Shown piece after piece: positions 1 through 17,459 of a DNA stretch of 64,000 nt. Position 1 is the stretch's first letter; the number at the start of each line of letters is the position of its first letter. The position numbers and the translations under genes were made by a program. Source of the DNA: the human T2T-CHM13v2.0 reference genome, Homo sapiens; the NCBI RefSeq assembly GCF_009914755.1, contig NC_060930.1. One strand, written 5' to 3'. The notes beneath the pieces were generated by a model. That model was given only the letters and a program-made list of their open reading frames with translations. It did no database searches and was not told where the DNA came from.

Positions 1-485
1 TGAAAGAAAAAAAATGACTACAAACAAAGGATATTATACTCAACAAACCTATCCTTCAAAAGGCAAAATAAAGTCTTTCTCAGGCAAGCAAAAACTAAGG
101 GAATTCATGTTTCGAATTGTAATATACTCTTGATGAATTCATCCCTTTAGCATTATATAGTCTTTTTTTCTAAATTGTCTTTTTTTCTAAACACTATATT
201 GTCTTTTTTTCTAAAATAAATAAACACACTATATTGTCTTTTTTTCTAAACACTATATTGTCTTTTTTTCTAAAATTTGTTGTAGGACTAGATTGGTCTT
301 ACAAGAAATGCTGAAGGGAGTCCTGCATCTGAAAACAAAATGATAAAATTTACCATGATAGAAACACGAAAATATAAAATCCGCTGGTAAAGCAAACACA
401 AATAAGGAAAAGAAAGGACCCAAAAATTATCACTACAAAAAACCAACAAACCATGATGAGAAGCAGTAAGAAAAAATGGAACATG
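1..485 (+). mobile_element. Old L1 (L1M/L1MA-type) fragment: 3' end of ORF1 and inter-ORF region, interrupted by an insert at ~109-287
   Basis: L1 ORF1-end motifs 'gcaaaaactaagggaattcat' and 'cttacaagaaatgctgaagggagtcct'. Confidence 0.7.
160..274. repeat. Short tandem repeat, 5 copies of core GTCTTTTTTTCTAAA (full unit ~24 bp with CACTATATT)
   Basis: Directly visible. Confidence 0.9.
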
Positions 486-999
486 AGGGACTTTTTTGTT
501 TGTTTTCTTCTATTTGCTAAGGTTTTCCTCTAACCGTATTCTGCCACCAATGCCATTTTCCAAATACCACCACAATCCTTATTAATCAGACACACTCTCC
601 TTTGAATTTAATTTAACAATTTATGCTTTTTGTACATTCGCTTGGAGCCTTATACTTCATCTTAGGCAAGTAATTTCCTACAAGTCAGTCCAGTGTTCTC
701 AATCCTGTGTCATATTAGAGAGTTCTTACATATAAAAATATTTCATAAAAAAATTAGATTTGACATCAGTGAAAAGTGGATGAAAAATAGTTTATTCGGT
801 TTTATGGGTGCATATGTTGCTATCCACATCTAGGTGTGCACGAAATATTTATCTGGTGTTTCCTAGACCATCAGAATCAAGAAAGAGTTTTGAGAGTTGT
901 TTGAGCTCCAATAATAGCAACAGAATTTGTAGATTCTTATCCAATGCTCCAAACTAATGGTTTTACTGCAAGAAGCCAGCCTTTATTTAATCTTTGGAG

Positions 1000-1490
<491 letters not shown>

Positions 1491-1555
1491 TAACCATTAT
1501 GTCTAGTGGGTTTCTTTAACTCTTGTTTTTGCATTGCAGGTAAACATCTGTACTC

Positions 1556-1608
<53 letters not shown>

Positions 1609-1894
1609 CCCTCTGTAGAGACAGAGAGTACATAAGTATATATAGACTATATAGACAGATTATATATATATAGAGAGTGTACATACAGAGAATACATACA
1701 TATATACATATATATGTATATATGTATAAAGTGCTTTGCATGTATTATAATGTTAACCATTATTTCCAGTGGATTTCTTTAACTCTTCTTTTTGCACTAC
1801 AGGTAAATGTCTGTACTCTCTGACTCTGTCTCTCTGTCTCTTTCTCTCTCTGTAAAGACAGAGAGTACATAAATATATGACTCTATATAGAGAG

Positions 1895-1937
<43 letters not shown>

Positions 1938-2439
1938 GAACTACAGAGAATACATACATATATAGAGATGATTAGATAATACTCTATATTAGATAATAGA
2001 CTATTAGATATGACTAATAAGATTAAAACCTCTAATATTAGTGCAAATTTAGTACAAATGTCCATAATTTCTTCTAGTAATCAATTACTTGGCTTTTTTG
2101 TCTCTCAGTAGCTTTATACTTATATAAATAATACAAATTTTTACTATTTATTTTTCTACACATTAATAGATTCATTTTTATATGTACTCCTTTATAATTC
2201 ACATTATTGTCTAATTTTTGAATGAATGTCATTGTATCTTATCTGACAGGCATACAAATGTAAATTTTGAGGGTATACGATAATATTTATTTTATGAATA
2301 GTGGTGATGATGATGATGGGCATGATAGTGACAATTATGATGCAACGGTGATGATGATGTAAAAAGTAATGATGATAGGGATAGAAGAAATTGGAGTTGC
2401 AATGCTAGTTAATATTAATTTTTTCATATGTTGAGTTCC

Positions 2440-2612
2440 AGAAAATAAAATCAAGTGCTTTTATAAATTAGCTTAATCTTCTCAGAAATTCCATGCAGTA
2501 ACTAAGATTTATTTTTTAAAATTTAGCTTTAGAGATATTAAGAAATATGCCCAAAATAACTTATAGCAGGCAGAGCTTTGATTCTAATTGAGACTGCCTG
2601 ACTCCAGAGCCA
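2440..2612 (-). mobile_element. MIR fragment
   Basis: 'gcaggcagagctttgattc...gcctgactccagagcc'. Confidence 0.5.
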
Positions 2613-3084
2613 AGTAGGCTAATGACAGCATGTTTAGTTTTCATTTTTTTTTTCAAATGTCAAGAAACATGTTTAATTAAATTGAGTCAATAAAGCAGAA
2701 TTCCCTGTAGAATTCTCTCATGCCAAATTGGGCTCAGGCCATTGGTTTGAACATGTTTTAAAATCACCTAGAATAATATCGAGGTATATTTTTGTGAAAC
2801 ATCTTGTTTTGTTATAAAGAACCTCTTCTTTAAATGCATGAAATAATGACTATACATTATTGTTAGACTTTTTCTTCCATTTAATTTACTATAATATCCC
2901 ATTACCTCAGCTTTCACTTTTCTTGCTGAACATACATACAGCATACTTTGGTTAATAATAAGCGTAATTTTAAAATAGAATTTCAGAATACTTGTTGTAA
3001 AAGGTGACAGGGACTGAAAGAAGAACAAGCATCAACAGGAATAAAATTTAAAACATATTTTTTGGAAATGAAATTTTAGGAATG

Positions 3085-3190
3085 ATTGATAAGTGTTTCT
3101 TTAATTTCTCAAAGCCCTAGTTTCCTCATTTGTAAAATGATTATAATAATATATGTCTCATTTAATAATTGTGAGGGCAAAAGTTACATA
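3085..3190 (+). mobile_element. MIR fragment
   Basis: Core 'agtttcctcatttgtaaaatga'. Confidence 0.6.
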
Positions 3191-3195
3191 ATTGT

Positions 3196-3610
3196 TGTTA
3201 AGGGCTGAATTGTCTTGCCCTAAACTTCATATGTTGAAGTGGTAACCCCTAGTACCTGAGAATGTGTCTGACATTCTGGACAATTAACTTTAAAGAGTTA
3301 GTTAAGTTAACATTAAGCTATTTGTATGGTTCTAAAACAATCGATTTGTCCTTATTTTTGAAAGAGAATTTTGATATAAAAGGGGACAACAGAGACACAC
3401 GGGAGCAGTGAGATAAGCGTGCGAAGAGTAACCAAGTGAGCAGCCATCTGCAAGCCAAAGAGAAAGGCCTGGAGCAGAGCATCCCATTTTTGTCCTGCTG
3501 ACATCCTGATCTTGGACTTCCAGACTCCAGAACTGTGAGAAAATAAATGTCTGCGGTTTAAGCTACAAATCTATGATATTTTGTTATGTTAGCCTTATCA
3601 TATGAATATG
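3196..3610 (+). mobile_element. MLT1 (MaLR) solo LTR, MLT1A-C-like
   Basis: 'gggctgaattgtc...catatgttgaagt', 'gatcttggacttccagactccagaactgtgagaaaataaatgtctg'. Confidence 0.85.
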
Positions 3611-3949
3611 ATAGTATGTAAGTATATACTATAGACACCACGTGTGTCTAATTATGTTCTTCTGTCAGCCATTAGTGTGACAGGTTAAGTCCACCCAATA
3701 CTTTGTGGAGTTGCTTTTGGAAATTGTTACTACAGCTTCCTTCAGACCATCACAAATTTCCAGGATCCTCCAGAAATAGAATGCTGTAACGTTGTGCTTA
3801 ATGTTACTTCTAGTTTGCCCAAGAATTTTTCTCAGCATTCCTGCTCCACCAGTTTTCAGCAGGACCTCTGTGCCCAAATCACAGAAGGTTCTCTCTGCAA
3901 TCTTGCTCCTCCTCATTGGCAGTTCACTGTTATATTTTATATGTGAAAA

Positions 3950-4860
3950 AATCATGATAGAAACCGTTGGTAGTTCCCGGTTCTCCCGGTCTGGACTTAT
4001 TCTAAATCAGACCCTGTTCACCAGGCCCTGTGTACCTGGCTCTTCTCCCTAATTCAACCAAACTCTTTATTGCGTGTGTGGAGGGTCTCAGAAGAGAGAA
4101 CATTTTCTATCCTTCCCTCAGTCATAGCAGTATTGGTTGGTATCAGTACAGCATTCTGGGTCCAAGCTTCTCTCTCAGGGGCAGATAGATTTTCCTGCTC
4201 TCTAGGTGGCAATATACCTTTGCATGGGACCAGGATCAGAAGGATTTGTTGGTCTTCCCACAAAAGTAGACTACACTGAGCATACAGCTCGTGGGATTTT
4301 CTTTCCCTCTCTTTTTTCCTTCCCCAGCAACAGATGACTTGCTTCGACCCCTTCCCCTCTGAACAATGGATCTTTGCCTGCCTTCTATTCCCAAGTTGCT
4401 TGAGGCTTTTAATTCATATAATAAAAGAGCTCAAGACATAGGCAAGGTTTTGTGCCCACACTCTTTTTCCTTCCCTGCCTCTAATCTTCCTCATGAGTAT
4501 ATAGTGGAGGCTTATGAAAAGTACATGGCAAATGAATGCACACTTTCACTGGGTCTGGAGTTCTCAAAGGTTCTAAATCGTCATGCTAGCCCACAATCAA
4601 CTTCTAATAAAGTACTGAAATGTAATTGTTTCCTCTTTCCTGCTTGTACAGTGTTTTTGTCCCATGTTTTGCCAAAGGTGAAACATTCGTCTGTTCTCTC
4701 TCTCCTCAGAATGGCCTGCCATTCTGGAATTTAGTCCACCTGATTGCCTTGAGATCTGAGCTCTGATATGTCAAAAAATGTGATAATTTTGAAGATTATC
4801 TGGCCTTTTCTTCTTGCCAATTAAGGTGGGAGTGATATTCTCTTGTAGGACATCATAAAT
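3950..4860 (-). mobile_element. Ancient L1M 5'-region fragment
   Basis: 4700-4860 resembles the reverse complement of the old L1 5' region at 11390-11560; highly diverged. Confidence 0.4.
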
Positions 4861-5220
4861 AGAAGCACAACTCTCTACTGACAATCCTTTGAGAAGACTC
4901 CAAATATGAATACCTGAATATGCTGAGACTGTAGAATGCAAGAGTATAAAAAAGCAAAAATGTACTTTTTATCAGTAAATCCAATAAATATATTTCATAA
5001 GAATGATATCTTCCACTTACAATGTATGTATATATTATCTAAGTATCCCTAGTGATTATATGTAGAGGTCATTTAAAAGTTAAGAATGCTCAAAGAGGTT
5101 TTGGAACTAATTATATTTCATCTAGAATTATGTATTTCACAGTTATACTTCAAAATAAAATCATCATGGTAGAAATTGAGTGATTTTGCATTATGAGGAG
5201 ACATCAGACAATCAAGACTT

Positions 5221-5563
5221 GTTTGTTTGTTTTCGTTTTTGAGGTGGAGTCTCAGTCTTTTTTTATTGTTGTTGTTGTTGTTGTTGCTGTTGTTTGAGAT
5301 GGAGCTCAGGCTGGAGTGCAGTGGCACGATTTTGGCTTACTGCAGCACCTGCCTCCTAGGTTCCAGCCGTTCTTCTGCCTCAGCCTCCGATTAGCTGCGA
5401 TTATAGGCATGCACCACCATGCCCAGCTAATTTTTGTATTTTTAGTAGAGATGGGGTTTCACCATGTTGGCCAGACTGGTCTTGAACTCCTGACCTCAGG
5501 TGATCCACCCACCTTGGCCTCCCAAAGTGCTGGGATTACAGGTGTGAGCCACCATGCCCAGCC
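5221..5563 (-). mobile_element. Alu (AluS) with a doubled 3' tail and (GTT)n
   Basis: Alu body; TSD AAGACTTGT at 5214-5222 and 5564-5572. Confidence 0.95.
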
Positions 5564-6754
5564 AAGACTTGTCTTTTTAAAGTAAGAATAATTTACCTAA
5601 CCCCCAGAGTATCTCCAATACATTCTGAAATTTATCAGATAGCCAGCCACAAGAGAGATACAACATTATATATCCAAAATTAAAAATAAAAAGTAGGATA
5701 AACTTCATTATTAGACAATTAGAAGTATATGCCCAGAACATACATTTGTAAAACTATGCTATAAAAGTAATAGAATTCAACAGGCTGAATGTTAGATCTA
5801 TAAACCTAGGGTATCCATTCACTAGAGAATGAAACAATAAGAATAGTAATCAATGCCTCAAGAGAAAGCTCAATATTTCTAACAGAAGAAATCCTGCATA
5901 TATAACAAAGGGTTACTAGTGGCTTGAGAAACTCCAGGAAGCCTATATAGAGAATGTTTTATCAACCTCCCCACTGCGAATGTTCCTGTGGAAGAGGAAG
6001 CACAGGAAAGTACTGCATCTTTTAAAATCTTGAAGCAGGGACTGAATATTTACTCTCAGGGGGTGGTACACTTGCAATAAGTATTTTGTTATATTACCAA
6101 AAGAAAACAATCTGAGGTACAAATGGTAAGAAAATGTTAGATTATTCAGAAAGCTCTAAATTCTGGAATTTTTTGTTAAAGCTTCTGAATATCTGCACAT
6201 CTACTAATATAATTTTAGTAATATGTGTGTAATTACAAACCTGCAAATTTGTTGATATTACCATGCCAATAAATGTTTCCAACTCAGCATTTCTTAAAAT
6301 ATGGATAGGAGAATAGAAAATTTATATTCCTCCAACTTCTTTACCACTTTATGAATTTTAGTAAGATAGAAAGCAGCCTACCCTGAACACATTTTAGGAA
6401 AACCCAGCTTTTCTTCTGTATTCTGACAAGGGAAAAACCTACGAAAGTAAAAAAGGCTACCGTCTCTCTTGCTCGAGGATACCACTTACATTTAGTTCAA
6501 TCACAAGAACAGATAATAAAGGGTAAATTGCAATAGGCAATTTGCCACTTTCCTATGATTAACAATCATTACATTGCTCATTGCTGTGCCACTGTGTCTG
6601 TGTATATAATTGTGTAAATGTTTTTTTCTGCTTATCCATGGAATATATCTAGACAATTTGAAATCTACTACCTGCTTGTTCACTACTCCTATTGCAGCTA
6701 ATCTCTTGAATGTTAAATTTAACCTGTCTATTTAAAGTCATGATACTTGATAAT

Positions 6755-6960
6755 AAGTACTACATTTATGAAGCACTTATTACATGCTAGTCATTTGGTG
6801 TACATTATCCACTTTAATTATTACCACAGCTTTGAGATGCATGAAATATTATGATCTTTATTTTATAGATTAGTAAAATGAGGTTTACAGTGTTTGTGTC
6901 ATGTCCAATTTCACCTAGCTAAGTAATAGATAGAAGAAAAATCTGATCTGATATGTACCT
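6755..6960 (-). mobile_element. MIR
   Basis: 'catttatgaagcacttattacatgctag...ttttatagattagtaaaatgaggtttacag'. Confidence 0.65.
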
Positions 6961-7094
6961 GATTACTATGTATCTTTTCCTACCTCTTGCACTGTACCGT
7001 CTCATCCCTCCAGCAAGAATGACTTCAAAAGTTTACTTTTGTCTATTTAACTTGGATACCAATAACTATTTCTTGACTTTGAACTACATAGGAA

Positions 7095-7382
7095 TTTTTT
7101 TTTTTTAGAGGAATTTTGCTCTTTTGCTCATGCTGGAGTGCAGTGGCACGATCTGGGGTCACTGCAACCTCTGCCTTCCAGTTTCAAGTGATTCTCCTGC
7201 CTCACCTCTGAGTAGCTGGGACTACAGGCGCCCACCGACATGCCCAGCTAATTTTTGTATTTTTAGTAGAGACAGGGTTTCACCATGTTGGCTGGGCTGG
7301 TTTCGAACTCCTGACCTTGTGATCCACCTGCCTCGGCCTCCCAAAGTGCCGGGATTACAGGCATGAGCCACCACGCCTGGCT
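7095..7382 (-). mobile_element. Alu (AluS)
   Basis: Alu body; short TSD CATAGGA at 7087-7093 and 7384-7390. Confidence 0.95.
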
Positions 7383-8984
7383 GCATAGGACTCTTAATAG
7401 TCTCGGACAGTGGCTCATTTCTCTAACTATTGCAAAATTGAGTTTTACAATCCATCACTCTATATTTCTCAACCAAACATCTTCTCTTTAGTACCATCTT
7501 GTAGTCCTCCACCATCAGCTGCTAGTTATTCCATATAGCTGAGTCATTTAAAAAAAAACAGACGAGAAACTGAAACCACACAGTCATATTGACACATGAT
7601 GGGCCTTTTTGGATAAATACAATATGGCCTCAAGTCCAGATTGATTCCAAGCATTAATTAAGTGCTTATGACAAGAATGTGTTTGAAAAGAATGGATTTT
7701 ATTTGGTACATGTAGTTTTAATAACTACACTTCTATATTTCAAGCCCTAGGCACTATAGCTGCATTCCTCTGAGAATTTTCCTCATCAGAAACATTGTGG
7801 AATTAGGTACTATATGACATCTGGTGTAAAATCAAAGTATTTCTGAGAAGGTAAAATGTGATATTATTCAACTCAACTTGAAACATTTTAAAAATACTCC
7901 TATAGCCCTGGAAACTTTGTTCACTAGGCCATTGAATGCATGCTATTTTGACGTAATGTCACTGAAGAGACAGGAGTTTGATTCTACACTGAAACGTCAA
8001 CTCAAATTTAAATCATTGTTATAAATTTGTGCAATTTATTTGCATTTTTTTTCTAAATTTCAGGAAGTGCTAAAAGCAAATGGGGCAAAATTATGTAGTA
8101 AATCCACAAGTTTTGTGCTCTCCTAACTGCATTGTGCATTGTAGCAATAAAAAATATTTAAAGAGAAAACCAAAAGAACAAACAATACCCTAGAAAAAGT
8201 TAAACTTTTTAAAAAGCTGAAAATTGAATATAAAATACAAAGAAGCTAAGACAATGAAGTTAAAGATTGCCGAATGTCAGGTTTGGGAGAACACTGTAGC
8301 AGACTGAGGTTCAGTTTCAGAGGATTAACACGGACCAAAAGTGTTCCTATGCCTGGAGTTTAATTTAGATTCATTGCTTAAAGAAAGAAACTAAGAACAA
8401 ATGCTGCTGATGGCTACCTGTGGCAAGGACTCATAGGATCGTGTGGGCTGAAGAGATGGGAAAATATAAACACAGCCTCACAGAAGAAATAAACTAAGTT
8501 TGAATCTGTAACTGGCTGGATCCACAATATCCACAAAGCAGAAAAGCCAAAATGAGAGACCTGATTCCAGATGCTGATTCTACTGGAACATGTTCAAACA
8601 AGCCTCTATATAGAAGATCACATGGAAGGACGGAGGGAGATAAGAGAAAAAAGAAAGGAAACAGAGAGAGAGAAAGAGAGGGATCCTTTTCAATCAAATG
8701 AGTCTGCAAACACAAATCCTGAATTGCCTGAAGAAAGATGCACACAAACAAAAATCAACAATTAGAACATTAATTCATTCCATATGAAATTGATTATAAA
8801 TGTTTCATAAACATATTAAATATATTTAAGTTGCTTTAAAGGATAAATTAAGATTTGGCATTGATAAACAATTTTTAAAAAGAAATTAAAAAAACAGAGA
8901 AAATGTGTATAAAATAGTACAGGTGCATATGAAAAGAACCTACTAGAAATCCTGGGGAAAATATAGTCATTATAATAAAAACTC

Positions 8985-9485
8985 TGTTAGAATAATGGCC
9001 CCCAATGAATCACAACCTTCTTATTTTACATTCTTTTATAGTATGAGTTTCCCATTTCTTCACCTCTTTAATTCAGCATGGCTTTGAGATTTGCATAGAC
9101 TGACAGAATATGACAAGAATGATATTATGTGACTTTTTATGCTAGGCCTTAAGAGACCTTGAACTTCCGCCTTTTCTGTCTTGGAATGAATCTTTTGTCT
9201 CGTGAATAAGCAACTCTGGGCTCCTATGAGATGAGAGTCCACATAGAAGAGAAGTAAAAAGCTACAGACAAGAGCCAACACCAACCACCAGACATATAAT
9301 TGAGGTTACCCTGAAATAAACACCCCAGTTAAGGTTCAGATAACTGAAGCCATATATGAGTAATCCTAGGCAAGATCAGCATAAGAACTACTTAGATAAG
9401 CTCAACACAAGTTAAATAAATATATACTTGTTTTCAGACACTAAATTTGGAATGATTTGTTACACAGAAATTAATAATTAATACA
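8985..9485 (+). mobile_element. MLT1 (F/G/H-like) LTR
   Basis: 'gttagaataatggcccccaatga', 'taggccttaagagaccttg', end 'cactaaatttggaatgatttgttacacag...taataca'. Confidence 0.75.
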
Positions 9486-10560
9486 AACATTGGCAACTAG
9501 AAACAAGGTGCTGCCATAACAAAATCCTAAAAGCTAGGCATTGGCTTTGGGACCATGTAGTAGGTGGTCTATAGAAATTGCTATTTATGTCTGAAAATGT
9601 GGGGATCAAAACTATTGGCAAAACTTAAGACTTAAATAGATTAAAAAAATGTATGCAATGAATGTGTAGATATAGCCAAGGTGATATCCCGACAGAACAA
9701 TGAAATTGACAGTTGGCTTTTTGTATCTGTCTATAATAAATAGGAGAGGAGGAGATGAACCAAAGGGAGTATGATTCATTTGGAAAGCAGAATTTAGAGG
9801 AAATATAAAGGTTCAAGATGTGCTGGGTTAGAAAATAAAATCATTTCATATTTCTAGACTTTCTAGCTGTGGTCTTAGAATAAATATCAAACCAAGTGTG
9901 TGGTGATAAAACCTTTAGTTAAGCACACAGAGAAATTTATGATAGTGATCAGTAAATCCTTGCAATTAGGCAAAGAACTTCTATGAGTTTCAAGGGTATT
10001 ATCTCACAAACACCTTACAAATGGCCCAATGTAAGTAGAGGTTTATTTGTTAAATAGTTATGGATGTGGCTTTTGAACACGGAGGGAATCTCAATTAGAT
10101 TCACAAAAAATTCAAAATATTTAAGGTAGTTATAATGTCTCATCCATAGGAAATAGAGACAGTTTATAATGAAAAGAAGACTCTGGGACCCCAAATCTCT
10201 GTGGTCAGGAAGCAGACTGGGAATCCCCTTTAGTTGCAAACACAGTCCATTTATTATAGAAAATGAAACAAATCTTAGAGCGTGGAGACCAGTTACCTGG
10301 AAGGCAAAGTCAAGAACTAAGGAGATCAATAGTTAGGAAACTATTCAGCCGAGGAATAATTGGGCCCTTACTAGGATGTGTTTTCTTACTATGGAGAAGA
10401 AGACTCTTACAACGTATACATGTCTATATTTCAGAATTTGTAAGAACCAGTGACTTCTATATGCCTAATTCCATTTCTTCTCTCTTTTTTTTTAATTGGA
10501 AGTGTCTATTGCAATTATTCTTTCCCTGTCTTATCAGCACATGTTGGGTATATTGGGTGT
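9486..10560 (+). mobile_element. MLT1 internal sequence (MLT1-int)
   Basis: Follows the LTR directly with a typical MLT-int start 'ggtgctgccataacaaaatcctaaaa...ggcattggctttggg'. Confidence 0.6.
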
Positions 10561-10569
10561 TGATAATTT

Positions 10570-10910
10570 ATTATTTGTTATTTACAGTTTTATTGAGGTA
10601 TACATAAAAATAAAAATTGTGTATATTTATGGTGTATAGCATAATGTTTTGATATATACACTGTGAAATGATTATCAAAATCAAGCTAATTAATATATGC
10701 ATCAGCTGACATAGTTATGCTTTGTTTCATTGTGTTTTTTTTTTCTGGTGAAAACACTTAAGATCAATTCTCTTAGCAAATTTAAGTATAAATACAGAAT
10801 TGTTAACTATGGTCTCCATGCTGTACATTAGAGCTCTAGAACTCATTCATCCCACATAACCGAACTTTTGTACCCTCTGACTGATATTTTATTTCCTTCC
10901 ATTCTACCCT
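10570..10910 (-). mobile_element. L1MA/L1MB 3'-end fragment
   Basis: 'ttttattgaggtata...tcaagctaattaatata...ctgtacattagagctctagaactcattcatc'. Confidence 0.8.
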
Positions 10911-11059
10911 TGTCAACAGGAGTTCTGGAGGGAACAAATATTCAGACCATAGCAAAAGGCATAGAATATAAGAATGTAATTGTGCACAGAAATTAATAAA
11001 ACATATTTATTGCTTGATAGTCTACGTCCTATATGCTTGATAGTCTACATCCTACTCAG

Positions 11060-11343
11060 GAATGCCTGTAGCTAGTGACCAATTATTATTGCAATACAAA
11101 ACTCAGCTCCTTTGCTTCAAGTCACGATACACTTAGAAGTATAATTTATGCTCCAGAGTTTCTCAAATGATTAAGCATTCTTGGATGCCACCAAAATTGT
11201 ATCTTTTCTGGGCTTCTTACCTACCCTTCCTTTTCCTGCTTCCCTCACTCTTACTTGTTTCTTCTGGTAGTACTTGCTCAGTAAATAACTTGCACCTAAA
11301 TCTTTGACTCATCATCTACATCTGTAAGAACCTGTCCTAAAAT
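11060..11343 (+). mobile_element. LTR16-like (ERVL) LTR, 3' part
   Basis: 'ttccctcactc...taaataacttgcacctaaatc...aacctgtcctaa'. Confidence 0.55.
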
Positions 11344-11622
11344 AAACATATTAGTTTAAGAAATAACTGGAATTTTTACTGACGCCTAGAATGTGGAAAC
11401 TTGGAAAGAGTATTACTCCTACATTAATAACAGTAAAATGTCAGTTTAAATTTTAAAAATTATAACTTTTCTTGAATCTGTCAGAGAACTAAGGTCTTGG
11501 GGAAACCAATTAGCTTGGAATTCAAGGAAAGTCAGGTGTCTCCAAGCAGATGAGATAGACACACTGAAACACATATGGCAGAGAACAGGAGGAAAATACA
11601 TCACTGTCTTGTAAGTGGTTAA

Positions 11623-11928
<306 letters not shown>

Positions 11929-12802
11929 AGAATTTATCAATTTTTTTTATCTGAAAAAGCTCAAGTATGGGCTAGCATAAGAGTATAGAACCGCTGGGAG
12001 GCATGGATATCAGGGGTCTTCATAATACTTGCAGGCTATTCTCCACAGACTTCTAATGGGAGCATGTTTGGATACAGAAATCCTCTAACAGTGGTGCAGA
12101 CTTGGATAAGGAGAGCATTCATCGCTACACAAACAAGCATAAATCCCCATGTAAGACCTTCTCCTCTATGGAACAAAAGCCTTAAATTGCTGGGGTAAGG
12201 GCAGCACAAACCATCACCCCCAGGGCACAGATGAAGATGAAGCTAGGGAAGGTACAAGAAAAAAACAAAATATCTATCCCTGAGGTAGGGGTAGGAAACT
12301 GTCCTGGACCAAGTTCATTATATGTCTCCTACCACTAGGGGAGGGGCAGGGAAGTCTCCCATACAAGACCTAGTAAAGATTCACAGCAAAATTTGGCTTC
12401 TATCGGCAGATTTACTAAGAAAATATCAACATTAAGACCAAGCTTGCCTAAGTTTTGAAATGGTACAAAAATAAGAAAAAAATCCTTTTGCCCCCTAACA
12501 CCAAGATCACGAACACCAAGTAATAAGCACTAACAGTCTACTACTGGAGAGAATAAGAACATGACAAGATCCGTTGTCAGGTGCAAGAGCAAAAGGGAAG
12601 GCCAAATGTTGAGGGTAGATAAGGGACATTAAGAAAAACACTCTGGTAATCTGATTTTCACCCTACGGTATTGCTAAAAGAATTTTAAACTGGTTGTACA
12701 CTGAAGGTAACCATAGTAACAGCAAAATCCCAAATCAGCTAAACTCATGACTAGGTTGACTCCAGTCTCCACATAAACACACTGGCAGAAGAGATGTGCA
12801 TC

Positions 12803-13147
<345 letters not shown>

Positions 13148-13364
13148 GCGATGTGCATATTTCTATGCAAAAATGCTATTTACTTCAGTCTCGACTGTAC
13201 TTTCCTTCATGTCTAGGATTCAGTATTAAAACAGAAAAAAATAAGGAAAAAATAACTCACTTAGAAAAAGCAATCATATCAATTAGAGTCAGAAAAGACC
13301 CCGATGTTAAAATTATCAGGGAATAAATTTAAAACTATGACTAACAGTTTAAAAGTTTTAAAGC

Positions 13365-13515
13365 ATAGTTTCCTCATCTTCAAAATAATTTTTTAAAGTG
13401 TCAAGTGTCAAATTCTTATGGTTATTGTGCATATTAAATCACATAATGTTAGTGAAGTGCATACTTAACAAAATATCTGACACAGGGTAAGGATTTAGTA
13501 AATGACAGTAGTTGT
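13365..13515 (+). mobile_element. MIR
   Basis: 'agtttcctcatcttcaaaat...ggttattgtgcatattaaat'. Confidence 0.55.
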
Positions 13516-14793
13516 AGTCATTATTACCTGCAATACTTAATAAAATATGGTTGACTGTCCAAATGTGTTTGTGATAAACTTGGTTTGAATAATTCCTATT
13601 AATTATGCCTTTCTAGAAACTTTTGCAACAATAAAATAAATGCTGCAAGGGCTGATTGGTTTTATTTCAGATGTTCCTAAGCATATCTTTAAGCCTTACC
13701 CTACCCACTCCAAGCTGATTTCCATCACTCCCCACCTCCTTGCTCCTTGCTTCCTTTGCCTTAACTATATTTTTTGTTGTTGTTATTGTTGTTGTTGTTT
13801 AATCAGGACTAGGAGATGAAAGGCAGCTGAACTTCGTTTTCCTCTGTGATAGAAACTTTGATATTGGTAACTATTTCAGCTCTCTATTCAAGAACACTGG
13901 AAAGTTTCTGGTCACAAAAAAATGTCAGTGACTTCACTGTAGTCTGTACCTTTTTTCTTATTGTAGAACTCAAAATTCTAATTTTCCACTTATTATTTTA
14001 TTTATCTCTATCATAAAGCCAAATATTCCAATTAACACCACATAGTAATTTAAAGTACTATTGGAATATACTTTAAAATTATTCCTATTTCCCTTGAATT
14101 TTGTATTGTTTATGTAAGTAAAATTCAATTATAAGTCCATATTCATATACTAATCAGTGATATCCAGTTGTAATGATAAATGTTGTTTCTAAAACTCTTT
14201 TATCATTCAAGGGGCAGAAACTGGATTACAGAATCCATCTCCTTTACCCAACTTTTCAGAGTTTTCAGCTCCCTTTTATTTTTATGTATCTTGAGTTATT
14301 TCTTCTGATAGATTCTGTGCCTTGAAATAATCTTCAACTAATAAAATATTTAGAATTTAGGCAATAGAATGTGTCTATCTGTTTCAATCATAGACTCTCC
14401 TCTCCTTGTAACCAGACTATATTTATAGTATGAATATTATTGGCCAGCTACCCATAACCAACACAGATTTTTAGTATATCTAATACCATCATGGTTGCTG
14501 TAGTTCTTTCAAAATGATGTATCAAAATTAAAGTTAATGACAAGTACAATGTAAAAGTAAGGCTGCAAGGTATCTCTGTATTTAGCTGCCCTGTGTTGGG
14601 ATATCTACTATTGGAATCTTGACAGCAAATTTTACTGCTCATTGAAGATTATTCCACATGCACTTAAGTTTCTCTAGCTAATTCATTATAGTTCCTCATT
14701 AAATTATAATTACTTTTAAAAATAATAATTATTTTAAGAAGGTGAATCCAAGAGCTGTTGATATCATGTGGCTTATTTTCCCCATTTGGTGAA

Positions 14794-17347
<2,554 letters not shown>

Positions 17348-17459
17348 GTGAGCCCCCACATCAGTGGCAAAGTTAGGATTGCAAGCCCAGGTCATGTGAC
17401 TCCAGAGTCCATTCTCTTAACTACTCTGCTATGCTGTCTCTTACAATACTTTCTAGGCC

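Noticed and set aside
160-274. CRISPR-like repeat array
   Set aside because: The spacers are absent or identical, the repeats are T-rich, there are no cas genes, and the context is primate DNA.
6480-6683. Minus-strand exon ending at donor gtaagtgg (~6488)
   Set aside because: An isolated donor with no convincing acceptor and no recognisable protein.
11011-11054. 23-bp tandem duplication; similar small ones at 19613-19659, 43088-43118 and 44985-45026
   Set aside because: Ordinary slippage duplications with no further structure.
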